A DNA stretch of 64,000 nt, from NCBI GenBank assembly GCA_913054375.1, contig CAJXIQ010000001.1, forward strand, positions 1,200-65,199. Direction: 5' to 3'. Positions 28,278 through 37,486 of this stretch are shown here, one piece after another (the stretch's first letter is position 1; each line of letters opens with the position of its first letter). The position numbers and the translations under genes were made by a program. The notes beneath the pieces are model-generated. The model was not told the DNA's origin and searched no databases. It was given only the letters and a program-made list of their open reading frames with translations. This stretch comes from an uncultured Bacteroidota bacterium (lineage in GTDB: Bacteria; Bacteroidota; Bacteroidia; NS11-12g; UBA9320).

Positions 28278-29970
28278 TTAATATTCCTTTAGTGGTTTGC
28301 TTTTCGCCAAGAAGCCCAACAAGTGTGACGACGTAAAGGTAAGAACCCGGCAACACTAGCTGCCCTTTATAGTAGGCGTACCAGGGCTCATCTGTACGGT
28401 TATTCACAAGCTTTTCGCCCCATCGGTTGTATATAGCGTAACTTGATTTGGAATGGTCGATCCCAGTTCCCACAATGACAAAGCGGTTGTTGTTAGACTG
28501 GGTATTAACAGCTGTAGTTATGCTGTATTTAAGCGGTTTTGTCAGGCAAACAACATTGGATGTGGAAGCTGATGTCGCGTTGAATTTATTTATTTCTTCG
28601 TAAGCGGTTACGTGATAACAACCAGCACTGTCTGTAAAATCAATACCGAGTATTGGATTCGCTTGTTTAAATAACGTGTTCCACGTGGAACCATTGTGTT
28701 TTTGAAGTGCGTACTCCTTAACGCCAACATCCCAGTTAACATACTCATTGTGAATAATTTGGGGTTCAATAGTGAGGTGTATGGTGTTGCTTATTTCTGA
28801 AGATTGAATAGTGTCATTGCACTGGTCTAAAGCGTTTACTTTATAAGCGTATGACCGTTGCTTTGCGTCTGCGGACAGGTCGTTATACTGGTAGTCAAAC
28901 CGGCCAACTTCTGTAGGCAAGTGTTTGATGTGTAGCGGTTTAGAAAAACTAGGACCCGATAAAATCGAAAAACGAGCAACGTCTTGTATGTTGTCTGTTT
29001 GCCATGCAATGCGTGTAGTGGCTTTTGTATTGTCAATTTCATCCGCGACAGTGGCAAGTTGTAAATAGACATAGGAGGGCGCTACAAATGCTCTAGTTTG
29101 AATAAGGTTAGTATTTGAGCTAGAGGATACTTGCCCCATTCTAGTGTATGAGCGTACATAGAAAAGTAGGGTGTCTCCCAAAACGAAATCGTTGAATATG
29201 AATGTTTTGGTGCCGCCAGATAAAGTTGTGTCTTTGTAAAATGTAAGGCCGCGGTCTTTCGAAACGTATACAGATTGACTGTCAATAGACGCCCATCCAG
29301 CATATAAATCCCAGTTAAGAAATATTTCTCGTGCGCAGGTGTCTATGGAAGACCTAAGAAAGGTTACTTGGTGTGGTGTAGACAATAAAGAGAATAGATT
29401 GCAGCTGTCTGTGGAACTCACCCGTACAAGATAGCGTCCAGGTCGTGCATCGGTTACAATATAACTGGTGTCTCCTGTTGTACCTATAGAGTCTCCATTA
29501 CCAGTGGTTCCGTCATACACAACGTAGTTTTTAGTGTCTATGCTTGGGTTTTTTGGCCAGCCGGCTATTATCTTTTGAGACGATAAGACGTAACTTAACG
29601 AGTCTATTTGTAAAGTATTTGGCAGAGTAAGGTCTATTGAAACAGTGTCGCTAGTGCCCAACGATCCGTCGCACTGGAAGTCTATGGTAATGTAGTAGCG
29701 CCATGTGGTGTTGAGGTCCTTCAGTTTGTGAGGGTATTCTGTAACGTCTAAGGTAGGAACATCGTCTAGCTTTACAAAGGGCGCACCCTCTTTACTACCG
29801 TATATGGAGTATCGCGAAAAAGAAGCACAAACGTCTGTCTGTCTGCCCCATGTCACCGTTACAATGGAGTCTGTAAAGTTCATACATGCCCTAAGAATAT
29901 GTGGTTCTGAGTTTACTCCGGTTGAAAGTAACGTGACGAGTAACAATGGTATGAAAAATATATGTCTCAA
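28264..29970 (-). CDS. Secreted protein with degenerate type B (gliding-motility-associated, CHU_C) T9SS C-terminal domain
   Basis: Signal peptide; FN3/Ig-like repeats with DxC motifs; C-terminal IYNRWGE...LPGSYLYVV...KGILNVIK. Confidence 0.72.
   Translation of the reverse strand: MRHIFFIPLLLVTLLSTGVNSEPHILRACMNFTDSIVTVTWGRQTDVCASFSRYSIYGSKEGAPFVKLDDVPTLDVTEYPHKLKDLNTTWRYYITIDFQCDGSLGTSDTVSIDLTLPNTLQIDSLSYVLSSQKIIAGWPKNPSIDTKNYVVYDGTTGNGDSIGTTGDTSYIVTDARPGRYLVRVSSTDSCNLFSLLSTPHQVTFLRSSIDTCAREIFLNWDLYAGWASIDSQSVYVSKDRGLTFYKDTTLSGGTKTFIFNDFVLGDTLLFYVRSYTRMGQVSSSSNTNLIQTRAFVAPSYVYLQLATVADEIDNTKATTRIAWQTDNIQDVARFSILSGPSFSKPLHIKHLPTEVGRFDYQYNDLSADAKQRSYAYKVNALDQCNDTIQSSEISNTIHLTIEPQIIHNEYVNWDVGVKEYALQKHNGSTWNTLFKQANPILGIDFTDSAGCYHVTAYEEINKFNATSASTSNVVCLTKPLKYSITTAVNTQSNNNRFVIVGTGIDHSKSSYAIYNRWGEKLVNNRTDEPWYAYYKGQLVLPGSYLYVVTLVGLLGEKQTTKGILNVIK
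28677..28692. promoter_or_regulatory. parS site (ParB-binding palindrome) inside CDS
   Basis: TGTTCCACGTGGAACC with perfect 14-bp palindromic core GTTCCACGTGGAAC; encodes G-S-T-W-N in the host gene. Confidence 0.8.
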
Positions 29971-30032
29971 GCGGTTAGTGCTTATAAGTTATAACGGTAT
30001 TATTTTGCAAAAATTACGATAAAAGATTACGT

Positions 30033-30800
30033 ATGAAAGAACCAAGACGCCCAAGTGAAGAAGAAAGTTCTGCAGGTGCCGAGCCAATAAGGCTTAATAA
30101 GTATATTAGCAATGCTGGAGTTTGTAGCCGTAGAGCTGCCGATAAGCTCATTGCGGATGGAAAGGTGCGTGTGAATGGCAAAGTCATTACAAGTTTAGGT
30201 ACAAAGGTAACACTTGAGGATAAAGTAAAGGTAGACAACGAGTTAATCTCCACGGGAGAAAAGCTATATGTACTGGTAAATAAGCCAAGAAACTGTATTT
30301 CTACACGAAACGATGAGAAAGGAAGAAGATCAATTATGGACTTGTTGCCAGATAAGTACCAGCACTTGTATCCTGTCGGAAGACTAGATAGAAACACCAC
30401 GGGTATAATTTTAATGACAAATGATGGCACGCTGACACAAAACTTGTTACACCCTACCAAAAAAATAAATAAGGTGTACAAGGCTAAAGTGAAAAACCAA
30501 CTAAGCCAATTAGAGCTAAATCAAATGGTAGACGGTATTGAGTTGGAAGATGGTTTAACGAAATTTGACAAAATTGTGGAATTGAACGAAGACGAGTCTT
30601 TTCGGTATGGCATAGAAATACATTCAGGTAAGAATAGGGTGATTCGAAGAATGTTTGAATCCATTGACAACGAGGTGATTAAGCTTGATAGGGTTATGTT
30701 TCACACGTTCACCAAAAAAGGCATTCCGATAGCTACTTTTAGGGAGGTTACCAAGAAGGAGCTCAAAAACTTAGATGTATATTTACGAACAAAAAAGTAA
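30033..30800 (+). CDS. rRNA pseudouridine synthase, RluB/RsuA family with S4 domain
   Basis: RLNKYISNAGVCSRRAAD, catalytic GRLD and GKNRVIRRM. Confidence 0.92.
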   Translation: MKEPRRPSEEESSAGAEPIRLNKYISNAGVCSRRAADKLIADGKVRVNGKVITSLGTKVTLEDKVKVDNELISTGEKLYVLVNKPRNCISTRNDEKGRRSIMDLLPDKYQHLYPVGRLDRNTTGIILMTNDGTLTQNLLHPTKKINKVYKAKVKNQLSQLELNQMVDGIELEDGLTKFDKIVELNEDESFRYGIEIHSGKNRVIRRMFESIDNEVIKLDRVMFHTFTKKGIPIATFREVTKKELKNLDVYLRTKK

Positions 30801-30811
30801 ATTTGAAGAAC

Positions 30812-31693
30812 ATGAAGAAGTTAATTGCACTAATCGTAGTTGTTGCCGCATGGTCAGCATGCAAAGAATCAGTCCCGCCAATTATTTTCGGTGAGGATTC
30901 GACGCTAATCCTTATAGATACAGCGTATGTTTTAGCTTCAGGCGATATACCAGAAGCTCAATTTAGGGGGGTTCTTATAGAAGATATTACAGGTGTAAAG
31001 TGTGTAAACTGTCCAAGTGCCGCCGCTGCTGCCAGTGAAATAAGTGCCAACGCCACAACAAACAAAGTGGTAATTTTGGGTTTATATCCTACAGGTTTTC
31101 GTGCGTTGACCTTCCCCTTTCCAGATTATATAGATCCAAGAACCGAAGTGGCTCAGAACATTGGAGCAAACATTTATCAGTTTGCAAGTTTGCCAGCGGG
31201 AGGTGTGAACAGGAAAATATTTGATGGAGAAACCAAAAGGGACATTTCGTTCAACACATGGGAAAATAGAAGCAACTCGTTTGAAGGAGAAAAATCAGAT
31301 GTTAACATTGAGGTAGTTATTGATCAAGTAAACGACTCCACCTTCAATGTCAACAGCAATTTTATATTTACGGCTGCTACGGATTCAGATCCGTTTGTGA
31401 CCTTGATGCTGTTAGAAGACAACATCAAACACCCGCAGTACTATTCTGGGGGTACAGACAAAGAATACAAACACAAACACGTTGTAAGAAAGGCATATAC
31501 ACCGTACAACGGAACCCCGCTTCTTCCTGGTGAAATTAGCGAAACAAGCCGAGGGCTTAGAGTAGAAAAAGGATGGCAAATAATTATACCAAGCGATGTT
31601 GATGTGGACGAGGCAAGCATTGCTGTCTTCATTAATTACAACGACGAGGAGAATAGAGAGGTTGCTCAGTGTACAGAGGTGAAATTGAAATAA
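30812..31693 (+). CDS. Omp28-related outer-membrane lipoprotein with thioredoxin-like CxxC
   Basis: Lipobox WSA-C; VLIEDITGVKCVNCP; PAGGVNR; EDNI...QY...YKHKHVVR. Confidence 0.8.
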   Translation: MKKLIALIVVVAAWSACKESVPPIIFGEDSTLILIDTAYVLASGDIPEAQFRGVLIEDITGVKCVNCPSAAAAASEISANATTNKVVILGLYPTGFRALTFPFPDYIDPRTEVAQNIGANIYQFASLPAGGVNRKIFDGETKRDISFNTWENRSNSFEGEKSDVNIEVVIDQVNDSTFNVNSNFIFTAATDSDPFVTLMLLEDNIKHPQYYSGGTDKEYKHKHVVRKAYTPYNGTPLLPGEISETSRGLRVEKGWQIIIPSDVDVDEASIAVFINYNDEENREVAQCTEVKLK

Positions 31694-32580
31694 ACGCAGA
31701 CAACCGCAAACTGCTTGTAGAGTTTGAAACAACCCTTTCGGTAGATCGGTCGCTCAGTAAAAACACCTTAGCGGCGTATCGTTCTGATATTTACAAACTT
31801 ATTGCCTTTACAGAGGGTAAAAACCTAAAAAAAATCTCTTCTGAAGAGATATCAGCGTTCATACAAGAATTGTATGATGTACACCTAAGTGGCCGTAGCA
31901 TTGCACGCATTGTTTCAGGTTTAAAATCGTTTTATAAGCATCTGATTATAGAGGGAGAGCTGGAAGCCAACCCCATGCAATTTATTCTTACCCCGAAGCT
32001 ACCCAAAAAACTGCCAGAGGTGCTGAGCCATAGCGAGATTTCCGAAATGATAGCAGCCATAGATTTATCTAAAATAGCCGGAGAAAGAGACAAAACAATT
32101 ATGATGCTTATGTATGGCTGCGGACTACGGGTTTCTGAGCTCACCGGCTTGAAAATAAATAACCTTTATTTTGAAGATGGTTTCATTCGAGTGATGGGAA
32201 AGGGTGACAAGGAAAGACTGGTACCCATTGGTGGCAAGACCATTCGCCAAGTAAAATATTACTTGGAATATTACCGCAGGCATGTAGAGACTAAAGCGTC
32301 ACAAAATACCCTAATACTAAACCAGAGAGGCAACAGTATAAGTAGGGTTCATGTTTTTAAGCTCATAAAAAAATTGGCAGAGAAGGCGGGTATTAGCAAG
32401 AGTGTGAGTCCCCATACGCTCAGACATTCATTTGCAACAGTGCTAATAGAGGCGGGTGCAGACTTGCGTGCAGTGCAGCAGATGCTCGGGCACGAAAGCA
32501 TCACTACCACAGAGATTTACACCCATTTAGACAAGGCGTACCTTAAAACGATAATAGAACAGTTTCACCCAAGAGCATGA
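31669..32580 (+). CDS. xerD: Site-specific tyrosine recombinase XerD (start codon uncertain)
   Basis: GLRVSEL, GKGDKERLVP, SPHTLRHSFAT, GADLRAVQQMLGH, TTEIYTH and C-terminal FHPRA. Confidence 0.92.
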   Translation: MYRGEIEINADNRKLLVEFETTLSVDRSLSKNTLAAYRSDIYKLIAFTEGKNLKKISSEEISAFIQELYDVHLSGRSIARIVSGLKSFYKHLIIEGELEANPMQFILTPKLPKKLPEVLSHSEISEMIAAIDLSKIAGERDKTIMMLMYGCGLRVSELTGLKINNLYFEDGFIRVMGKGDKERLVPIGGKTIRQVKYYLEYYRRHVETKASQNTLILNQRGNSISRVHVFKLIKKLAEKAGISKSVSPHTLRHSFATVLIEAGADLRAVQQMLGHESITTTEIYTHLDKAYLKTIIEQFHPRA

Positions 32581-32882
32581 TCATATACAACGTTACCCTT
32601 AGCATTAATCCAGCCATGGAGACTTCAGTTATTCAATGGTTAAAAGAAGAACATATTCCAGAAGTGCTAGACACTGGTCTTTTTATGGGACATGATATTT
32701 TTAAAGTGATAGAAGACCCCAAGGATAGAAAGCACAATTCGTATGCGGTACAATACAAACTAGAGTCGTGGGCACATTACAATACATATGCACTGGAGCA
32801 TGCGGACAGACTCAAAGAAATAACCCAAAAGAAGTTTGGTGAAAACGTCTTAGCGTTTAGAACGTTTCTGGAAAAATGCTAG
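32577..32882 (+). CDS. DUF4286-family protein
   Basis: MIIYNVT..WLKEEHIPEV..YAVQY..KFG..LAFRT pattern; ATGA overlap with xerD. Confidence 0.8.
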   Translation: MIIYNVTLSINPAMETSVIQWLKEEHIPEVLDTGLFMGHDIFKVIEDPKDRKHNSYAVQYKLESWAHYNTYALEHADRLKEITQKKFGENVLAFRTFLEKC

Positions 32883-34133
32883 AATATGTTGTGTTCCAAT
32901 AGCGGCCAAAACCAAATACAAAATGCTAACCGGCAACATAAACCGAGCTGCTCCTACGGGCCCTGTTATTATAACAAAGTAGGTTATCAGAAGTAACATG
33001 AAGAATGTTTGTTTCATGCGACTCAGGGAGAAGCACACCAACACTAACTTAACCATGCTTACAAAAAGAAGTGCTAAAAAAGCAAAGAGTACAACTTTGT
33101 TTTTGCTCATTACCTCCCCTATCCTATCCCAATCCCCGCTGTAAAGCAATTCGGTAAGGCTTACCTTGTGGTCATTCATTCCAAAGAAGGTATAGATTTC
33201 AAATCTGCCCGGGTCTAAAACCATTTTTATCATTCCAGCAAGATGTACTTTAGCATAGGCCAAAGGATTGCTTCGTATGGCATTTATAGCCTCTTTGCGA
33301 ACATCTTTTTTGTAATTAATGTATTGCGGCAGTGTTCTTGGAACGCTAAAGGCCTCGGAGTGGGTAAAGTCGCTTGCGGCATCTACTCCGTCTACATTAG
33401 CCACCATTAGCTTAGCATTGTATTGGCCCAGGTTGATGGTAGATATCGAACTGTATTCAAACACGCCAGAACTAGAATAATTTACCGTACAACCCATAGC
33501 CCACACCGCCAGAGGTACGAGTAACCAGTAGTGCCACTTAGCGGTGGCCCTTTTGAGGTAAATGAGTATAACGGGTATAAGAAAAAGACTGGGTAAAAAC
33601 ACAGGTTTCAGGAATAGCCCCAACCCCCACAATAGAGAGATGTAAATGGTTTTCTGATATGTGGTGGTATTGGGGCTGTAGTATACAAGTATTATGCTGG
33701 TAACAGCAGCAGTCACCAAAAGGTCTGCCATTTGTAATGTGGTGTGCATGGCAAGGGCAATGTGAAATAGAAACAAGAGTATGTAACTCAAAAAAGCCGC
33801 TTTTTTTCGGATAAACAGATTTAATATGTGCAATCCCAAAAAAAATATTAAGACATATAAAAGCACTGTGGATACAAGAATTAGGTGCTCGTTTTGCTGT
33901 TGAAAAAGCAGAAAAATAGGGTAGCCTAACGTACGCTTACTATACAATCTATAGTCTACGGGTTGGTTGGAGTTTCCTCCATACAAAATATTGTTTTTCA
34001 GCAAGTTGTCTGCTGCGTATTGATACTCTATGGTGTCATTGAGCGGTGGAGTTGGTTTGTAATAATGGTAGGCGATGGTTACCACAAGAGCAACCATCAA
34101 TAGGGATAGAGAGAAAATAAAACGCTTTGCCAT
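32850..34133 (-). CDS. Polytopic membrane protein, probable GT-C glycosyltransferase
   Basis: First-loop DTIEY, RTLGYPIFL, LKP and C-terminal ARFMLP; about 10 TM helices. Confidence 0.6.
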   Translation of the reverse strand: MAKRFIFSLSLLMVALVVTIAYHYYKPTPPLNDTIEYQYAADNLLKNNILYGGNSNQPVDYRLYSKRTLGYPIFLLFQQQNEHLILVSTVLLYVLIFFLGLHILNLFIRKKAAFLSYILLFLFHIALAMHTTLQMADLLVTAAVTSIILVYYSPNTTTYQKTIYISLLWGLGLFLKPVFLPSLFLIPVILIYLKRATAKWHYWLLVPLAVWAMGCTVNYSSSGVFEYSSISTINLGQYNAKLMVANVDGVDAASDFTHSEAFSVPRTLPQYINYKKDVRKEAINAIRSNPLAYAKVHLAGMIKMVLDPGRFEIYTFFGMNDHKVSLTELLYSGDWDRIGEVMSKNKVVLFAFLALLFVSMVKLVLVCFSLSRMKQTFFMLLLITYFVIITGPVGAARFMLPVSILYLVLAAIGTQHILAFFQKRSKR

Positions 34134-34237
34134 GGCTACAAATTTTAGGTAAAATATGTGATTTTTATAAACAGTATTTATGAAGAATGCTAAAGATAGA
34201 TACCTTTGTGAAAACTAAAACCTTAAAAAAAAGCAAA

Positions 34238-36283
34238 ATGAAAAAACTTTACACTTTATTATCTTTTGTATTGTTCGGCTTCGCAGCGAACGCACAATGT
34301 ACAGACCTAGTTATCAGTGAGTACGCTGAAGGGTCAGGTAGCAACAAATACTTAGAGCTTTATAATCCAACGAATTCTACAATACATTTGTCTGGTTATG
34401 CATTAGCCAATACTGGGAACGCCGTAGATTCTATAGGCTTTTATGAGTTTTGGCTTAATTTACGAAGCACGGACTCTATTTCACCTAACACAACGTATAT
34501 AATATGTGATAAAGATGCAGACGCAGCGATAGTAAATGCCGCAAGCTTCACGCATGAGTTTTTAAGTAATGGCGACGACGGTTATAAGTTGGTAAAAGGA
34601 GGGACATTCACAGACTTAGATGCAGATGGAGATACAGACCGTTATGAGATGGCTAATTTTACCGTGGTAGATGTCTTAGGAGATTGGCAAGGTAGACCAT
34701 CAGGCGGATGGGATGTAGCTGGTGTAACTGCTGCAACAAAAGATAGAGTTCTAGTTAGAAAGCCTGCCTATGGTGGTAATTCTGATTGGACCATCTCAAG
34801 AGGTACTGATGCCATGAACAGCGAGTGGGTAGTAAAAGCAAATGAAGACTGGACTAATCTTGGAAAGCATTCTTCAGATTGTCATCCACCAGTTGCGACT
34901 GAGCCTTCTACGGCTGCAGCAGATCCTACTGCAGACCAAGTAGATGTTATCTCTCTCTTTAGTAATGTATACACAGATGTTGCGGTTACCACTTGGAGAA
35001 CAGGATGGTCTGCGGCTACACTTACAGATACTACTGCAGCTGGAAACGATATTAAACGATATACTGATTTAAATTTTGTTGGTATAGAAACGACAGGCGG
35101 TAATTCAATAGACGCTAGCGGAATGAACTACTTCACGTTTGATGCTTGGACTCCTAATGCAACGAGTTATAGAATTAAATTGGTAGATTTTGGTCCTGAC
35201 AATGCTTTTCAAGGCGGAGATGATGTTGAACACGAACTTACTTTTGACATGCCAGCACAAAGCACTTGGACAAACCATACAATTGATATTAGTGATTTTA
35301 CGAATCTAACAACTAGAGCTAATATTTCTCAATTAGTATTTGCTGCCGCGCCAGCAGGTGGAGCTACTTTGTTCTTAGATAACATATACTTCTCTAGAGA
35401 CCCTGTGTTGGTTTACAATGTTGCAGACATTGCAGACATCGTAGGTTTAGATGCAGATTTCTCTCCAGTCAATTTAGATACACTTTATGAGGTAACGGGT
35501 ATCGTTTACGGTATAGATTACCAAGGTGGAGATGACCTTACTAAAACTAACGCTGCATTTACTCTTATAGATGCTACCGACGGTGTTGGTGTATTTGCTA
35601 GAGGTTTGGACTACGTGGTAAAAGAAGGAGACGAAGTTACTGTTAAAGGTACATTAGATTTCTTCCGAGGTCTTACGCAAATAGCTGCTGACTCTATTAC
35701 AGTAGTAAGTACTGGAAACGCTATTAACGATCCTACAGATGTTACTTCTTTATCTGAAGATACAGAGTCTGATCTTGTTAAATTTACTAAAGTTTGGGTT
35801 GCAGATACTGCTGACAAAGTTTGGCCAAATAACGGTAACATAGATATTACAAACGGTACCGATACCTTTGCTGTAAGAATAGATGGCGATACAAAAGGTA
35901 TAGCCGGAAAAACAATCGAGTTTGATACAATGAATATAGTTGGTCTTGGTGGTCAGTTTGATGGTTCAGCTCCATATAATGAAGGATACCAGTTATTCCC
36001 TAGAGATTCAAGTGATATCTCGGAGTGGGTAAACATGACAAGCGTAAGAAACGTGTCTATACAAACTAGCGTATATCCTAACCCAGCAAGCGACAATCTT
36101 ACAGTAGTAGGTAGTACTAAGTGGGAAAGCTTTGTTGTGTATAGTATACTCGGTGGCGAAATGGCTGCAGGTACACTAAACAACAACAACCTTTCTGTTG
36201 CAAACCTAAATAACGGTACTTATATCATTAAGCTTGTAGCTGGTGAGCAAGTAGGTGTTGCTCGATTTGTAGTAAGCAAGTAA
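34238..36283 (+). CDS. T9SS type A cargo: lamin-tail domain, CBM-like module and OB-fold region
   Basis: Start MKKLYTLL at 34238; ISEYAEGSGSNKYLELYNPT (lamin-tail); VISLFSNVY..IDASGM..KLVDFG module; GDEVTVKGTLDFFRGLTQI (OB fold); VYPNPA..GTYIIK CTD. Confidence 0.8.
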   Translation: MKKLYTLLSFVLFGFAANAQCTDLVISEYAEGSGSNKYLELYNPTNSTIHLSGYALANTGNAVDSIGFYEFWLNLRSTDSISPNTTYIICDKDADAAIVNAASFTHEFLSNGDDGYKLVKGGTFTDLDADGDTDRYEMANFTVVDVLGDWQGRPSGGWDVAGVTAATKDRVLVRKPAYGGNSDWTISRGTDAMNSEWVVKANEDWTNLGKHSSDCHPPVATEPSTAAADPTADQVDVISLFSNVYTDVAVTTWRTGWSAATLTDTTAAGNDIKRYTDLNFVGIETTGGNSIDASGMNYFTFDAWTPNATSYRIKLVDFGPDNAFQGGDDVEHELTFDMPAQSTWTNHTIDISDFTNLTTRANISQLVFAAAPAGGATLFLDNIYFSRDPVLVYNVADIADIVGLDADFSPVNLDTLYEVTGIVYGIDYQGGDDLTKTNAAFTLIDATDGVGVFARGLDYVVKEGDEVTVKGTLDFFRGLTQIAADSITVVSTGNAINDPTDVTSLSEDTESDLVKFTKVWVADTADKVWPNNGNIDITNGTDTFAVRIDGDTKGIAGKTIEFDTMNIVGLGGQFDGSAPYNEGYQLFPRDSSDISEWVNMTSVRNVSIQTSVYPNPASDNLTVVGSTKWESFVVYSILGGEMAAGTLNNNNLSVANLNNGTYIIKLVAGEQVGVARFVVSK

Positions 36284-36305
36284 TACGTACTTCTTTCAAG
36301 AATTC

Positions 36306-36340
36306 AAAAAGGGCTGCGCTTATTAGTGCAGCCCTTTTTT
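36306..36340 (+). terminator. Intrinsic terminator
   Basis: AAAAA-GGGCTGCGCT-TATT-AGTGCAGCCC-TTTTTT. Confidence 0.9.
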
Positions 36341-36420
36341 ATGTTGGTGTTTTTATATCATTTTTTCCCAAATGAATGTTTGGTAAGGGAGATAATAGAC
36401 CTATCTTTGCAGTCAATTAT

Positions 36421-36492
<72 letters not shown>

Positions 36493-36494
36493 CT

Positions 36495-36529
36495 AAAAAA
36501 AGCCTTTCGCATCAGCGGAGGGCTTTTTT
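36495..36529. terminator. Bidirectional intrinsic terminator between tRNA and panC
   Basis: A-tract, AGCCTTTCGC-ATCA-GCGGAGGGCT stem, T-tract. Confidence 0.8.
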
Positions 36530-36536
36530 ATGCTTT

Positions 36537-37388
36537 CTATTTGAGATAAATATTATCCAAAAGTCTTACCCCTTCGTATTCTACCACGGTAAGTAGGGCT
36601 ATTTCGTTTGCCGAGTCCAATGTTTGAACCGGATCTAGTGTTGCTGTATCAACAGCTAGCAAGTAGTCAATATGTGCTCCTTTCTGTGCTTTGATAAATT
36701 GCGTTGCTTTGGCAATAGCTTCGTGCAGCTCCATCTCTTTCACATCTTCTTTTGCTTGTGATATTGCGCGGTATATAAATGCCGCGTTTTGCCGTCCCTT
36801 TTTACTTAGTCGAATATTTCGTGAGCTCATGGCCAACCCATGAGGTTCTCGATAAATGGGTGTTATGCGTATTTCCACAGAGGAGTTGGTTATTGCTGCC
36901 AGTCTCTGAGCCACTACGGTTTGCTGAAAGTCTTTTTGACCAAAATATGCCCTGGTGGGCGATAGAAGCATAAAAAAGCGATGTAAGACGTTGCAAACGC
37001 CTTGAAAGTGCCCAGGCCGACTTAACCCCTCAATCTTATGGTCTAGTCCATCTATGGGAAACTCTTGCTGTTGGTAAGTGTCTGGGTATATGTCCTCATA
37101 ATCTGGCAAAAATAGAATGTCGCACCCCTGTTCAACGAGTAATTCTATGTCATTTTCTATAGGTTTGGGGTACGTTTCTAGGTCTGCAGCTTCTCCAAAC
37201 TGAGTGGGGTTTACAAATATGCTGCACACCGTTACAGTGTTTTCTGCGACACTCGTATTTATTAGGGAAGCGTGGCCTGCATGCAAGGCTCCCATTGTAG
37301 GGACAAACCCTATCGTGACTACTGGATTATTCTTGCGTAAAGCGTTTAGGTGCTTTATTAGCGTTTCAGATGTCTTTATTACATGCAT
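36537..37388 (-). CDS. panC: Pantoate-beta-alanine ligase
   Basis: VPTMGALHAGH, SIFVNPTQF, RPGHFQGV, FGQKDFQQ, GLAMSSRN and RLLDN. Confidence 0.97.
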   Translation of the reverse strand: MHVIKTSETLIKHLNALRKNNPVVTIGFVPTMGALHAGHASLINTSVAENTVTVCSIFVNPTQFGEAADLETYPKPIENDIELLVEQGCDILFLPDYEDIYPDTYQQQEFPIDGLDHKIEGLSRPGHFQGVCNVLHRFFMLLSPTRAYFGQKDFQQTVVAQRLAAITNSSVEIRITPIYREPHGLAMSSRNIRLSKKGRQNAAFIYRAISQAKEDVKEMELHEAIAKATQFIKAQKGAHIDYLLAVDTATLDPVQTLDSANEIALLTVVEYEGVRLLDNIYLK

Positions 37389-37486
37389 ATATATACGATA
37401 AAAATACTACAAATACAATAGCTGCGGGTGATTATTATCAATATACACCGCAGTATCTTTGCAATTGTAAAACATTAAGACGTTCC

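Noticed and set aside
31669..32580. Tyrosine recombinase as a possible prophage or ICE integrase, with a tRNA 4 kb away
   Set aside because: It has XerD length and signature motifs and sits in a housekeeping operon; there is no att-like duplication of the tRNA end and no mobile genes.
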